Source of the DNA: an uncultured archaeon
GTDB taxonomy: Archaea > Nanobdellota > Nanobdellia > Pacearchaeales > GW2011-AR1
NCBI GenBank assembly: GCA_963845205.1
Contig: CAWJRC010000004.1
Coordinates: 185,724 to 249,723, forward strand
Direction of reading: 5' to 3'
Length of the DNA: 64,000 nt
Below, piece after piece: positions 9,342-19,218 of the stretch. A model generated the notes under the pieces. That model did no database searches and was not told the DNA's origin. It saw nothing but the letters and a program-made list of their open reading frames with translations. The translations under genes and the position numbers were made by a program. Within the stretch, counting starts at the first letter, position 1. Every line of letters starts with the position of its first letter.

Positions 9342-10835
9342 ATGAGGTTCAACATACTTTTTGGAGGAAAAGCAGGGCAGGGGCCTAACTTACTTTCTGA
9401 AATTCTGGGAAAAGCTCTGATAAAGCAGGGGCATTATGTTTTTGTTTCAAGAGATTACCAATCTTTGATAAGAGGAGGACACAATTTTAATGTACTGACC
9501 TTTTCAGACGAGCCTGTGAACAGCAATGACTCACATTTTGATATGATAATTGCTTTGGATAAGAATACAATTAACCTTCATAAAAAAGATCTGAACAAAA
9601 AAGGAGTTATAGTTGAAGGCGAAGGAAAAGGAAATATGTATTTTGCAGGAAAAGTTTTCAGAAGCCTTTGCCTTGATTTTAATGTCCTGGAAGAAGAATT
9701 AAAAGGATTGAAAACAAGATTTGATGAAAATATGCTTGAAGCAAAAGAGGGATATAATGAAGAGAGCAAAGTTCTCTGCGAGGTTGTTTATAATGAGAAA
9801 GATTTGCGATTTGAAAACGGAAATCAGGGAATTGCCAACGGTGCAATAAAATCAGGGCTGGATGTTTATTATGCTTACCCGATGACTCCTGCTACTGGCG
9901 TCATGGATGAACTTGCGAAACAGCAGATTGAAAAAAATTTTCTTGTTGTTGAACTTGAAAGCGAAGTTTCTGTTATCAACACCGCACTTGGGAGCGCGAT
10001 GACAGGGGCAAAGGCTATGGTCGGAACTTCTGGCGGAGGCTTTGATTTAATGACTGAGGCTTTGAGCATGTCTGGAATTGCAGGAATTCCTATTGTAATC
10101 TATCTTGCTTCACGTCCCGGACCATCAACAGGAGTTGCAACTTATACTTCTCAGGGGGATTTGGAATTGGCAAGGCATTCTGCTCACGGAGAATTCCCAA
10201 GATTAATTTTAGCTCCGGGAAACCCAAAAGAATGCGCGGAATTAATGAGCCAAGCATTTTATTTCACGCAAAAATACAAGATTCCCGCAATTGTTTTAGG
10301 AGACAAACATTTGGCCGAAAGTTTTTTCAGTTCAGATGAAAAATCAGTTATAACTTCTTCAAAAAAATCAACTTCATTAGTCAGATATAACAGCTATGAA
10401 ACAGACAAATTCGGATGCGCAACAGAAGATCCCGAAATTATCACCAAAAATGTAAAGGACAGGAAAATAAAAGGAGAAGAAATTGAAAGAGAAGCGGGAA
10501 AATTCAGCTCTGTTAATGTTTACGGAAAAGAATCCGAGAATATAATTGTTTGCTGGGGAAGCACAAAGGGGGCGATTCTGGATTCTGTCGAAGATCTTGA
10601 TGTCAAGGTTCTCCAGTTTTTGTATCTTGATCCATTTCCAACCCAGATAAAAAAAGATCTTGAAGAAAAAAATATAATATTAATAGAAAATAATTCAACA
10701 GGACAGTTAGGAAAATTGATTATGGAAAAAACAGGGATTTATATTCCTGAAAAAAATAAAATTTTAAAATATGATGGAAGGCCGTTCCTGGCTGATGAAT
10801 TAAGAATTGAAATTAAAAGGAGATTAAAAAAATGA
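9342..10835 (+). CDS. 2-oxoacid:ferredoxin oxidoreductase, fused gamma-alpha subunit
   Basis: N-terminal gamma-type GGKAGQG domain followed by an alpha-subunit body (YPMTPAT...). ATGA-coupled to the beta subunit. Confidence 0.85.
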   Translation: MRFNILFGGKAGQGPNLLSEILGKALIKQGHYVFVSRDYQSLIRGGHNFNVLTFSDEPVNSNDSHFDMIIALDKNTINLHKKDLNKKGVIVEGEGKGNMYFAGKVFRSLCLDFNVLEEELKGLKTRFDENMLEAKEGYNEESKVLCEVVYNEKDLRFENGNQGIANGAIKSGLDVYYAYPMTPATGVMDELAKQQIEKNFLVVELESEVSVINTALGSAMTGAKAMVGTSGGGFDLMTEALSMSGIAGIPIVIYLASRPGPSTGVATYTSQGDLELARHSAHGEFPRLILAPGNPKECAELMSQAFYFTQKYKIPAIVLGDKHLAESFFSSDEKSVITSSKKSTSLVRYNSYETDKFGCATEDPEIITKNVKDRKIKGEEIEREAGKFSSVNVYGKESENIIVCWGSTKGAILDSVEDLDVKVLQFLYLDPFPTQIKKDLEEKNIILIENNSTGQLGKLIMEKTGIYIPEKNKILKYDGRPFLADELRIEIKRRLKK

Positions 10836-11668
10836 AAGACGAACTTAATACACCTACGATTCCGACATGGTGTCCGGGATGCTATAATTTTCAGATACTT
10901 GCAGCAGTAAAGAATGTAGTTTCAGAACAATTAAAAGCGGGAAAGAAAAAAGAAGATTTTGCCCTCGTTTCAGGAATCGGATGCCATGGTAAAATCTTTG
11001 ATTATTTTAATTTGAACGGATTAAATACTCTTCACGGAAGAGTTATTCCTGCATGCACAGGAATTAAACTTGGGAATCCAAGTCTTACTGTTCTTGGCTT
11101 CAGCGGAGACGGCGATGCATATGCAGAAGGAATGGAACATTTGATTCACGCTGCGAGATATAATTCTGATTTCAAGTATTTCGTTCACAACAATCAGGTT
11201 TTTGCTTTGACAGGAGGGCAGCCTACACCGACAACAGAAATCGGGTACAAAGACAAAACAACTCCTTTAGGAGTAAAGCTTCAGCCTATGAATCCTATAA
11301 AATTAATGCTTGCTGCAGGAGCAGGTTTTGTCGCGAGAGTATTTTCAGATATAGATCAGGTAGAATCTGTTTTCAGGGAAGCATTAAAATACAAAGGGTT
11401 TGCATTCATAGAAATTATCCAGCCGTCAGTAATTTTCCACACTGATAAAGGCTATAAGGAGATAAGTTATTCTCTTGAAAAAGAAGGGCATGATAAAACT
11501 AATTTTGAAGCAGCATGGAAAAAAGCCGATGAATTCGATTACAACACCGTGAAAAAAATCCCATTAGGAATTTTTTATCAGAAAGAAAAGCCTGTTTTTG
11601 AAGATTTATTTCCCCAGCTTGTTGATTTGAAGAAGAATAAAATGGGCTGGAAAGATATTAAGAGATAA
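10832..11668 (+). CDS. 2-oxoacid:ferredoxin oxidoreductase, beta (TPP-binding) subunit
   Basis: WCPGCYNF Cys motif and GDGDAYAEG TPP-binding motif. Confidence 0.85.
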   Translation: MKDELNTPTIPTWCPGCYNFQILAAVKNVVSEQLKAGKKKEDFALVSGIGCHGKIFDYFNLNGLNTLHGRVIPACTGIKLGNPSLTVLGFSGDGDAYAEGMEHLIHAARYNSDFKYFVHNNQVFALTGGQPTPTTEIGYKDKTTPLGVKLQPMNPIKLMLAAGAGFVARVFSDIDQVESVFREALKYKGFAFIEIIQPSVIFHTDKGYKEISYSLEKEGHDKTNFEAAWKKADEFDYNTVKKIPLGIFYQKEKPVFEDLFPQLVDLKKNKMGWKDIKR

Positions 11669-11669
11669 A

Positions 11670-11972
11670 TTAGCCTATAAAACTAATCGAAGCAATAAGA
11701 CTCTTAAGCCCCTTTGAAGATAAAACTTGTCTATGCTCTTTTATTTTTCCTTCTTTATCATGGAATGATTCTTCTAATACGGTTTCTTTTCCGTTATATT
11801 CATCAGGAACATTATCCATGAAATCAAAATAAAATTCCCCAATTTTTATTTTAGTTATAAGAATAAAATCCGTATCCTTGTGACTTATTATAGGAGCAAT
11901 CGCTTTGTTTTTGTGATAACTCCCGCTATATAACTTATTTAAAATTCCTTTATACACTCTAGATTCGATCAT
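11670..11972 (-). CDS. small conserved hypothetical protein, paralog of 20452..20742
   Basis: Shares GIL..L, I.[IV]G[DE][FY], P[DE].Y..K, GK.I.[EH] and SKG blocks with the 96-aa ORF at 20452. A TTTATAAA box lies about 27 nt upstream. Confidence 0.55.
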   Translation of the reverse strand: MIESRVYKGILNKLYSGSYHKNKAIAPIISHKDTDFILITKIKIGEFYFDFMDNVPDEYNGKETVLEESFHDKEGKIKEHRQVLSSKGLKSLIASISFIG

Positions 11973-12002
11973 ATTTTACAGAAAAAAATTTGGTTTATAA
12001 AG

Positions 12003-12569
12003 TTATTTGACAGAAAGTTCCCAAATGCACAATCTTTCAAAGAATAATTTCTCGCAGCCAATTTCTTTTGAATTATATCCAAGTTTTTCAAAATCAATGT
12101 CTGGAGAAAGAGAAGAAGTTATCAGGAAAATTCTTCCGCTATCTTTTAGATAATTTTTTGCGTTGTTCAAGAATCTTAAAATTATTTCATTTCCTTTTTT
12201 CCCGCCTGTTGTTGCTAATTGCGAATCTTTTGGCTCCCGTGAATCTTCAGGCAAATAGGGGGGATTAAATATTATCAGATCAAATTTGTCTTTCGGAATT
12301 TTTTCAAACAAATCTGAATGAATGCAGTTGAATCCAAGAAGATTGCAGTAGTTCACCGCCTTTATGCTTATGTCAGAAGAAAAAATATTTTCAACTTTCA
12401 CCCCGAGAATTTCAGCTGTTTCAAGGTGAATCCCGCTTCCTGCGCCAATCTCAAGAAATTTCAAATCTTTATTTTGCTTTAGAAGTTCAGGCAATTTTTC
12501 TTTCAATATCCCCGACATCAAAAAAGAATCTTCAGCCGGCTGGTAAATAGACATTTTACTTGCCTGCAA
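12003..12569 (-). CDS. SAM-dependent methyltransferase, HemK/Mtq2-like (NPPY class)
   Basis: Motif I LEIGAGSG and motif IV IIFNPPYLP. Confidence 0.7.
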   Translation of the reverse strand: MQASKMSIYQPAEDSFLMSGILKEKLPELLKQNKDLKFLEIGAGSGIHLETAEILGVKVENIFSSDISIKAVNYCNLLGFNCIHSDLFEKIPKDKFDLIIFNPPYLPEDSREPKDSQLATTGGKKGNEIILRFLNNAKNYLKDSGRIFLITSSLSPDIDFEKLGYNSKEIGCEKLFFERLCIWELSVK

Positions 12570-13125
12570 AAATGCTACTGAAAAAGCTAAGCAGTTCCTG
12601 TTTAAATATAAAAATTGTCGCCAAAAGTCCGCTTAAAAAAATCAGGAGGAAAATTAAAACTAGAATTATAACCCTTTCATAAGGCCCCGGCTCCCCATAA
12701 CTTGAAACAATCTGAATCGGCTGGAAAACAGGCGCTTGACCCTGGGCCCCTGAAACCACCTGAACAGGAATAGCCTGAGGCGCAGACTGAACAGAAGAAG
12801 GAGCAACTATACTCTCCATTTTTTGTTTTTCCGGTTTGGGCTGTTTTGATTTTGATGATACAATGCTTTGAAAAAAAGATTTTTTTTCAGATGGAATTTT
12901 CATTTTCTGCTGTTTTGAAGTAACAGTTGTCTTTGCCACTAAAGGTTTTTTTTCTTCCAGAAGCCCTAATTTTGATTCCATATCAGAAGGAACCAAAGCA
13001 CGTGCAGCCTCTTCGATTTCAGCTTTTTGGTATCCGGCATTAAACATAGTCATCATCGCCCTTTTCAAAGATTCACCACGTTCAAGAGCAGATTTTAAAC
13101 CACCAAGAACTTCATCATTAACCAT
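12556..13125 (-). CDS. C-terminally membrane-anchored hypothetical protein
   Basis: 189-aa ORF with a helical N-domain, a Q/P/S-rich linker and a single C-terminal TM segment. Confidence 0.5.
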   Translation of the reverse strand: MVNDEVLGGLKSALERGESLKRAMMTMFNAGYQKAEIEEAARALVPSDMESKLGLLEEKKPLVAKTTVTSKQQKMKIPSEKKSFFQSIVSSKSKQPKPEKQKMESIVAPSSVQSAPQAIPVQVVSGAQGQAPVFQPIQIVSSYGEPGPYERVIILVLIFLLIFLSGLLATIFIFKQELLSFFSSIFAGK

Positions 13126-13206
13126 AAAATATTGAGGAATGTATTATTTAAAAAATATGAGGTAAAGGACCGAAAATAATATATAGAAAATATTAAAGAT
13201 AAATTT

Positions 13207-13623
13207 ATGAAAGAGTATCAGAAAAATTTCGAGGAATCCCCTCCAGCAGAATTATTGAATGCTATTGAACAAGTTCAAAGTTTTCAAACTTCCAGATTAA
13301 CAAAAGAATTGTGGAAAGCAGGAGAAAATCTTTTAAGAAAAGAAAAATTATGGGCAAATAATCCATTTAATTCAAGAAGATCTGAATTATCTTATTGCTT
13401 CCAAGAAGAAATTTACACAATTGACTATGAAAGAAAAGTTGGATTTGGATGTGATAATTTTACTTTTTGTCTTAACCAAGTTACAGAAAAAGATGAAACT
13501 CAAAAGAATATATTTATTTTAAGATATAAAAATAATTTTTGGAATTTTTTTAAGAAAGAGACTTTAACTATTTTAATAACAGAAAATGGATCAGAAAAAT
13601 CAAATAATGTTTTTTATTACTAA
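13207..13623 (+). CDS. hypothetical protein
   Basis: 138-aa ORF with no recognised motif. Its stop abuts the convergent RNase J stop. Confidence 0.4.
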   Translation: MKEYQKNFEESPPAELLNAIEQVQSFQTSRLTKELWKAGENLLRKEKLWANNPFNSRRSELSYCFQEEIYTIDYERKVGFGCDNFTFCLNQVTEKDETQKNIFILRYKNNFWNFFKKETLTILITENGSEKSNNVFYY

Positions 13624-14967
13624 TTACAATCTTAGTCTCTGCCCATTCTGCATAAGATGACAATCTTTTCCCGATTTATAACCCATTTCTTTCGCAAGTT
13701 CCATCATCGGCAGTAAATGCATAAGAGAACCATGTGCGGGAATTATATTTTCGGGCTGGATCAATGTGATTAAATCTCTAAGATCTTCACGACCAGGATG
13801 TCCTGAGACATGGATGTTGTCAAAAATTCTGACACCGAATCTCTTAAGCCTTTTGTCCAGTTGATCTTTATTTGCAACATTTACTGGACTCGGAATTGTT
13901 TTTGAAGAGAAAATTACATTGTCTCCCTGACGAAATGAAAAAGGAAGATTTCCTCTTGAAAGTTTGTCCATTATGCTTCCCGGCTCTCCCTGATGCCCTG
14001 TGCATACAACAAGACAATTTTCCCTGTTTTTATCCACCCTCTTCAAGACAGAATCAACTTGTTTTTTGTAAGTAATTAATTTAATATCTTTCTGAAAGGG
14101 GCACATGCCCACATCAATCGCAGAAGATACATATTTTTTCATGCTTCTTCCCATGAAATAAATTTCCCTGTTAAGCTTTTTTGAATAATCAACTATGCTC
14201 TTTAATCTTGCAATATGTGAAGAAAAAGTTGTTACAAATATTGCAGAATGTTCATTTTTTATTGTAAGCAAGACTTCTTCAACTAATGCTCTCGCAATTT
14301 TTTCACTCGGAGTTTTTCTTTCAACTCCAGAATAAAGCGAATCAACAATCAATACTTTAATTCCTTCTTTTCCGATTTTTTTAAGAAGCTCATAATTTGG
14401 AGGCAAACCCATGATAGGATTGTTGTCCAGCTTGAAGTCATTTGCGTAAAGCACAACTCCTTCGGGAGTATGAAGCGCAAGCATTGAAGTCTGTATTGTT
14501 GAATGGGTTATATTTATGAAATCAACCTGATAATTTGAACTCTTACCTTTAATAGTAAGAGATGAATTTGGGTTTACTGTTTTTAATTGATTCGGGATTC
14601 TTAGATCATCATCCATTATTATTTTTTTTAACACATCAATTGTGAAAGGAGTTCCTATTATCGGCGCATCATACCGGTATGCAATGTAAGGAACAGCTCC
14701 TATGTGATCAAGATGAGAATGCCCTAAAAAAATTGCCCTTACTTTATCCCTTAATCCCATCTGGTCCAGAATTAAATCATCAGGCAATGCTCCAATGCTT
14801 CGCAATTTTTTTTCAGAATAAACATGCTGTTCTGTTTCCTGTTCCTGAAGTTCAACCATTGCGGGCAAAAAAACACCCATATCAAATATGAAAACATCTT
14901 CGCCTGTTTTTATAACAGACATATTTCTTCCAACTTCATTAAACCCGCCAACCGTAAAAATTTCCAT
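13624..14967 (-). CDS. rnj: archaeal RNase J (metallo-beta-lactamase / beta-CASP)
   Basis: 447 aa with GHSHLDHIG and a beta-CASP layout, without KH domains. Confidence 0.85.
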   Translation of the reverse strand: MEIFTVGGFNEVGRNMSVIKTGEDVFIFDMGVFLPAMVELQEQETEQHVYSEKKLRSIGALPDDLILDQMGLRDKVRAIFLGHSHLDHIGAVPYIAYRYDAPIIGTPFTIDVLKKIIMDDDLRIPNQLKTVNPNSSLTIKGKSSNYQVDFINITHSTIQTSMLALHTPEGVVLYANDFKLDNNPIMGLPPNYELLKKIGKEGIKVLIVDSLYSGVERKTPSEKIARALVEEVLLTIKNEHSAIFVTTFSSHIARLKSIVDYSKKLNREIYFMGRSMKKYVSSAIDVGMCPFQKDIKLITYKKQVDSVLKRVDKNRENCLVVCTGHQGEPGSIMDKLSRGNLPFSFRQGDNVIFSSKTIPSPVNVANKDQLDKRLKRFGVRIFDNIHVSGHPGREDLRDLITLIQPENIIPAHGSLMHLLPMMELAKEMGYKSGKDCHLMQNGQRLRL

Positions 14968-15018
14968 GCTCTTTTGTTATATAATTTAGAAAGAGAAGTT
15001 TAAAAATTCTTTCTGAAA

Positions 15019-15261
15019 TCAAAATTTTGTTTTGTTCAGTGAAGAAAAATACCAGATTTCATGAATCCTCTTTCTTGCTTCATGAATATAATCCTCGTAT
15101 CCATTATTTTTCATTAATTCTTCAATTTTGCAATAACTCCCTATCGCATCCATAATATTATTAAAATCATTGCTGTCTATTGCCTTCATGATACGTTCTA
15201 TTCCTTTATCGACAAATTCAGAGATATCAACTCCAATCAATTTATTCATGTGCTCTTTCAT
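15019..15261 (-). CDS. hypothetical protein
   Basis: 80-aa ORF, helical, no recognised motif. Confidence 0.35.
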   Translation of the reverse strand: MKEHMNKLIGVDISEFVDKGIERIMKAIDSNDFNNIMDAIGSYCKIEELMKNNGYEDYIHEARKRIHEIWYFSSLNKTKF

Positions 15262-15321
15262 TTTTTTATAGGATTTGGGTTAGATATAAAGATTTATATT
15301 ATAAAATGTATAATTTATTAA

Positions 15322-15600
15322 ATGAAGTCTTTAAAACCAAGCATACGCGAAAATAAGAGGTATCTTTTAGTTGAGGGGGGGGATTTAAAGAAAAATGTCG
15401 AAAAGGCGATTCTGGACTTTATTGGAGTTTTAGGAATGTCAAAAACAGGACTTGGCTGGATTAAGGAAGATAAGAATTCTGCAATAATTTCTGTAAACCG
15501 GGAAATGGTCGATTCTGTAAGGGCTTCTTTGGCTGTTTGGCCTAAAAAAATAGAAGTTAAGAGGGTTTCAGGGACCCTGAAAGGACTAAGAAAAATTTAA
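15322..15600 (+). CDS. RNase P protein component 2 (Pop5/Rpp14)
   Basis: N-terminus LKPSIRENKRYLLVE matches the Pop5 signature. It occupies the conserved position upstream of psmA in the exosome superoperon. Confidence 0.7.
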   Translation: MKSLKPSIRENKRYLLVEGGDLKKNVEKAILDFIGVLGMSKTGLGWIKEDKNSAIISVNREMVDSVRASLAVWPKKIEVKRVSGTLKGLRKI

Positions 15601-15673
15601 ATACCATTTGTTCTTGTAAAATTTTAAGAGAAAAGGAAAAATATATTAAATTATTAATTTCTCAAATAATAAC

Positions 15674-16396
15674 ATGGATATACCACTAGACTTACAACAA
15701 CAAGCAATGGGCTATGACAGAACAGCAACAATGTTCTCTCCCCAAGGTCATTTGCTTCAGGTAGAATATGCTGAAAAAGCTGTAAGGCTTGGAAGTTCAA
15801 GTATAGGCATGACCTGCACTGATGGAGTCTTCATAATCGCTGATTTGAGGATAGAAGACAAACTTATTGTTCCGCAATCAGCAAACAAGATTTATGAGAT
15901 TGATTCACACTTAATGTCAAGCGTTGCAGGAATTATGTCTGATGCAAGAGTTTTGATTGAAAGAGCGCAGGTTTTGGCGCAACAGCATAGAGTAACTTAT
16001 GATTCTCCTATAGAACCCGAATTAATAATAAAAGATATTTCAAATCTTAAACAACAGTTTTCACAATACGGAGGAGCTCGTCCTTTTGGAGTTTCTTTGA
16101 TGGTTGCTGGGATCAATAACAAAAAGCCAGAACTTTACACAAGCGATGTCACTGGAAATTATGTTGCTTATTACGCAAATGCTATTGGAGAAAAAGATGA
16201 CAGAATAAAAGAAAAGCTAAGAGAAAAATACACTTCTAATCTGACAATAAAGAAAGGAGTAAAACTTGCAATTGACATCTTGAAAGAACTTGAGGAAAAA
16301 AAGTTTAACCTTGGCAGATTTGAACTATGCTATATCCCAAACGATGGAGAATTAAAAAGACTGCACGGTGAAGAATTGCAGGAATTTGTGAAATGA
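15674..16396 (+). CDS. psmA: proteasome alpha subunit
   Basis: YDRTATMFSPQGHLLQVEYA signature. Confidence 0.9.
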   Translation: MDIPLDLQQQAMGYDRTATMFSPQGHLLQVEYAEKAVRLGSSSIGMTCTDGVFIIADLRIEDKLIVPQSANKIYEIDSHLMSSVAGIMSDARVLIERAQVLAQQHRVTYDSPIEPELIIKDISNLKQQFSQYGGARPFGVSLMVAGINNKKPELYTSDVTGNYVAYYANAIGEKDDRIKEKLREKYTSNLTIKKGVKLAIDILKELEEKKFNLGRFELCYIPNDGELKRLHGEELQEFVK

Positions 16397-16661
16397 AGAT
16401 GACGTGCTATAAATATTCAAAATGAGAGGAGGATTATCTCTTATAATTCTCCCCCTTTCTATGGCAGGAAGCAGTTTCATGGACAGTGTATATGATCTTG
16501 TATTCCAAACAAATATTCAAAACAACAATAATGTAAAAATAAGTTCTTTATATAAAAAAAAATTATTCTCAGACAGATTATATTTACAGAAATTTTCTTC
16601 AGTTAAATACCCCCAGAGGTAATAACAAAGGAATTTTAAACTACCATAAATAATAATTAAA

Positions 16662-17333
16662 ATGACAAGAACAACCGCAAGAATAAAAAAGAATGAGAAA
16701 CATTTCGAAATTTTTGTGGAGTTGGAAGATGCAATGAAGTTCAGAAAAGGGATGTCGTCTTCAATTGAGTCTGAAGACGGAAGAGTTTATACTGACATAA
16801 AAAAAGGAAATGTTGCTTCTGAAAAAGAGTTGGAAGCTGCTTTTGGAACTTCTGATATTTTTGAAATCGCAAAAAAGATAGTAAAAGACGGTGAAGTCCT
16901 TTTGACTCAGGATTACAGGGACGAAGAAAGAGACAAGAGAATAAAACAAGTTGTTGATTTTCTTTCGGTCAATACAATCAACCCCCAGACAGGAAATCCG
17001 CACACTCCGGACAGAATAAAAAGAGCTCTTGAAGAAGCACATGTTAACATAAAAAATGTTCCTGTTGAAAATCAGATCAAAGAGATTATGGAAGAGTTAA
17101 GCAAAGTCCTTCCAATTAGAATAGAAACAAAAAGAATCAAAATAACAATTCCGGCTATGTACACAGGAAAAGCGTACAGCATAGTAACACAGTATAAAGA
17201 AGAAGAAAGCTGGATGAATGATGGAAGCCTGGAGGTTACAATAAGCATTCCTGCCGGAATGATTATGGATTTTTATGACAAATTAAATTCAGTCACACAT
17301 GGGAGCGCACTGACAGAGGAGATAAAGGAATGA
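16662..17333 (+). CDS. SBDS-family ribosome maturation protein
   Basis: ARIKKNEKHFEIFV start, three-domain length and conserved superoperon position. Confidence 0.85.
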   Translation: MTRTTARIKKNEKHFEIFVELEDAMKFRKGMSSSIESEDGRVYTDIKKGNVASEKELEAAFGTSDIFEIAKKIVKDGEVLLTQDYRDEERDKRIKQVVDFLSVNTINPQTGNPHTPDRIKRALEEAHVNIKNVPVENQIKEIMEELSKVLPIRIETKRIKITIPAMYTGKAYSIVTQYKEEESWMNDGSLEVTISIPAGMIMDFYDKLNSVTHGSALTEEIKE

Positions 17334-17617
17334 TAACCCCAAAAGCAGAAAAAATTTATAATATAGATTTCAAAAGATTTTTTTGCGAGGGGGATTACGA
17401 ACATGCAAGAGATTTATTAAATGAAAATCCTGATGTACAAGAATGTTTGACAAAAGAAGAGTCCATAACAATGTACAGATACTGCAATATTATAATTGAT
17501 GATTTATTAAAAGATTTCCTGAAAGAATTTGTTGTTCAGGTTAACCAAACAGTTTCAAAGGAAGAAAATAAGTCAATTGAAAAAAAATTAAGCAGAACGC
17601 AGGATATGATACAATGA
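17330..17617 (+). CDS. hypothetical protein, ATGA-coupled to the SBDS gene
   Basis: 95-aa ORF whose start overlaps the SBDS stop by 4 nt. No recognised motif. Confidence 0.5.
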   Translation: MITPKAEKIYNIDFKRFFCEGDYEHARDLLNENPDVQECLTKEESITMYRYCNIIIDDLLKDFLKEFVVQVNQTVSKEENKSIEKKLSRTQDMIQ

Positions 17618-17666
17618 GAAATAATCAATTACTTAAATTTATAAAGGCAGGAGTGAAAAATTAATT

Positions 17667-18332
17667 ATGAGCGACAGAAAGATTGTTGTACCTGGAGAAG
17701 TAATATTCAGCGGAGATGACTACCTTCCAGGAGAAGGAACAGAAAAGAGAGGGGAAGAAATTGTCGCGATAAAATTCGGACTTGCCGAAGAAACAAAAAA
17801 ACTTGTCAAAGTAATTCCATTATCCGGAGTTTATCAGCCTCGACGCGGAAATGTGGTTATAGGAAGGGTTGAGAATATAACATTCAACGGATGGGTCATT
17901 AACATAAACACAGCAGAAAGTGCTTTTCTTTCTTTGATGGAAGTTCCAAGATACGTAAATAAAGATGATTTAAAAGAAGTAATGGACATCGGTGACATGG
18001 TTGTCTCAAAGATATATTCTATAAATAAAAGGGGAATTGACTTAACTTTAAAGGTAAACGGATTAGGCGGAATTGACAGCGGAATAATAATACAGATAAA
18101 CCCGAATAAAATTCCAAGAGTTATCGGGAAAGAAGGGAGCATGATTTCTTTGATAAAAGATGAAACAAAATGTAGGATAACTGCTGGGCAAAACGGATTA
18201 ATATCAATTGAAGGAAATAAAGTTGAAGACGAATTATTCGCAAAAAAAGCTATTTTATATATAGCTGAAAATTCCCAAATGTCAGGATTAACAGACGAAA
18301 TGAAAAAATGGTTTGAGGAGAATAAAAAATGA
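17667..18332 (+). CDS. rrp4: exosome RNA-binding subunit Rrp4 (S1 + KH)
   Basis: S1-like GNVVIGRVENI and KH-like IPRVIGKEGSMI motifs. ATGA-coupled to rrp41. Confidence 0.85.
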   Translation: MSDRKIVVPGEVIFSGDDYLPGEGTEKRGEEIVAIKFGLAEETKKLVKVIPLSGVYQPRRGNVVIGRVENITFNGWVININTAESAFLSLMEVPRYVNKDDLKEVMDIGDMVVSKIYSINKRGIDLTLKVNGLGGIDSGIIIQINPNKIPRVIGKEGSMISLIKDETKCRITAGQNGLISIEGNKVEDELFAKKAILYIAENSQMSGLTDEMKKWFEENKK

Positions 18333-19045
18333 CAACAAAAAAATCAGACAATTTTGAAAGACCAGACGGAAGAAAACTTGATGAAACAAGAAAAATAACC
18401 GCAAAGGTCGGAGTCATACCAAATGCCGACGGAAGCGCGATGTTTGCATTCGGAGACACAGTTGCAATTGCTGCTGTTTACGGACCTAAGAAAATGCATC
18501 CACAACATTCACAAGATCCCCAAAGAGGAACATTAAGATGCAATTATAATATGCTTAGTTTTTCTGTTACAGAAAGAATAAGACCCGGACCTTCAAGAAG
18601 AAGCACTGAAATAAGCAAGATAACAGAATGGGCCTTGAAACCTGTTGTAATGATTGATGATTTCGCTGAACAAGTCGTTGATGTTCATATAAATATTCTT
18701 CAGGCAAATGCTTCAACAAGATGCGCGGGAATAAACGCAGCTGCAATGGCATTGGCTCATGCAGGAATTCCAATGAAAGGTTTAGTTTCAAGCGTTTCAA
18801 TAGGTAAACTTGACAAGACTTTAGTTGTTGATTTAATAAAAGAAGAAGAGGACTGGAAAGAAGGCGAAGGCGCAACAGATATTCCAATGACATTCACTAG
18901 CGACGGAAAAATGACTCATATTCAATTGGACGGAAAAATTTCAATGAAACAGCTTCAGGAAGCAGTTGACATGGCCAGAGAAGCAACAAAGAAAATTGCT
19001 GAAGTCCAGAAAAAAGCTTTGAAAGAAGCAGGAGAACAAAAATGA
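18329..19045 (+). CDS. rrp41: exosome catalytic subunit Rrp41 (RNase PH fold)
   Basis: RPDGRKLDETR start and RNase PH domain layout. Confidence 0.9.
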   Translation: MTTKKSDNFERPDGRKLDETRKITAKVGVIPNADGSAMFAFGDTVAIAAVYGPKKMHPQHSQDPQRGTLRCNYNMLSFSVTERIRPGPSRRSTEISKITEWALKPVVMIDDFAEQVVDVHINILQANASTRCAGINAAAMALAHAGIPMKGLVSSVSIGKLDKTLVVDLIKEEEDWKEGEGATDIPMTFTSDGKMTHIQLDGKISMKQLQEAVDMAREATKKIAEVQKKALKEAGEQK

Positions 19046-19218
19046 GTGAAGGATTATCGCAATTAGCAGAATCTGAAAAAGCTAGAGTTTTCAGGAGAAG
19101 TGCTAGAACTTTAAAATTTAATTCAATTTACAGTAGAGACATAGATCAAATTAAAAGTGATTACAAACTCGCAGAAAAATATGAAGAGAAAGCAAGAATG
19201 TTGGGGGGCAGAAGATGA
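19042..19218 (+). CDS. 58-aa basic helical mini-protein between rrp41 and rrp42 (not in the supplied ORF track)
   Basis: My translation is MSEGLSQLAESEKARVFRRSARTLKFNSIYSRDIDQIKSDYKLAEKYEEKARMLGGRR. Its ATG overlaps the rrp41 TGA and its TGA overlaps the rrp42 ATG, both as ATGA. Confidence 0.55.
   Translation: MSEGLSQLAESEKARVFRRSARTLKFNSIYSRDIDQIKSDYKLAEKYEEKARMLGGRR

Noticed and set aside
16422-16622. 66-aa ORF in the psmA-SBDS spacer
   Set aside because: It has low-complexity N/K-rich composition and no promoter or SD context. I kept it only as part of a spacer of unknown function.
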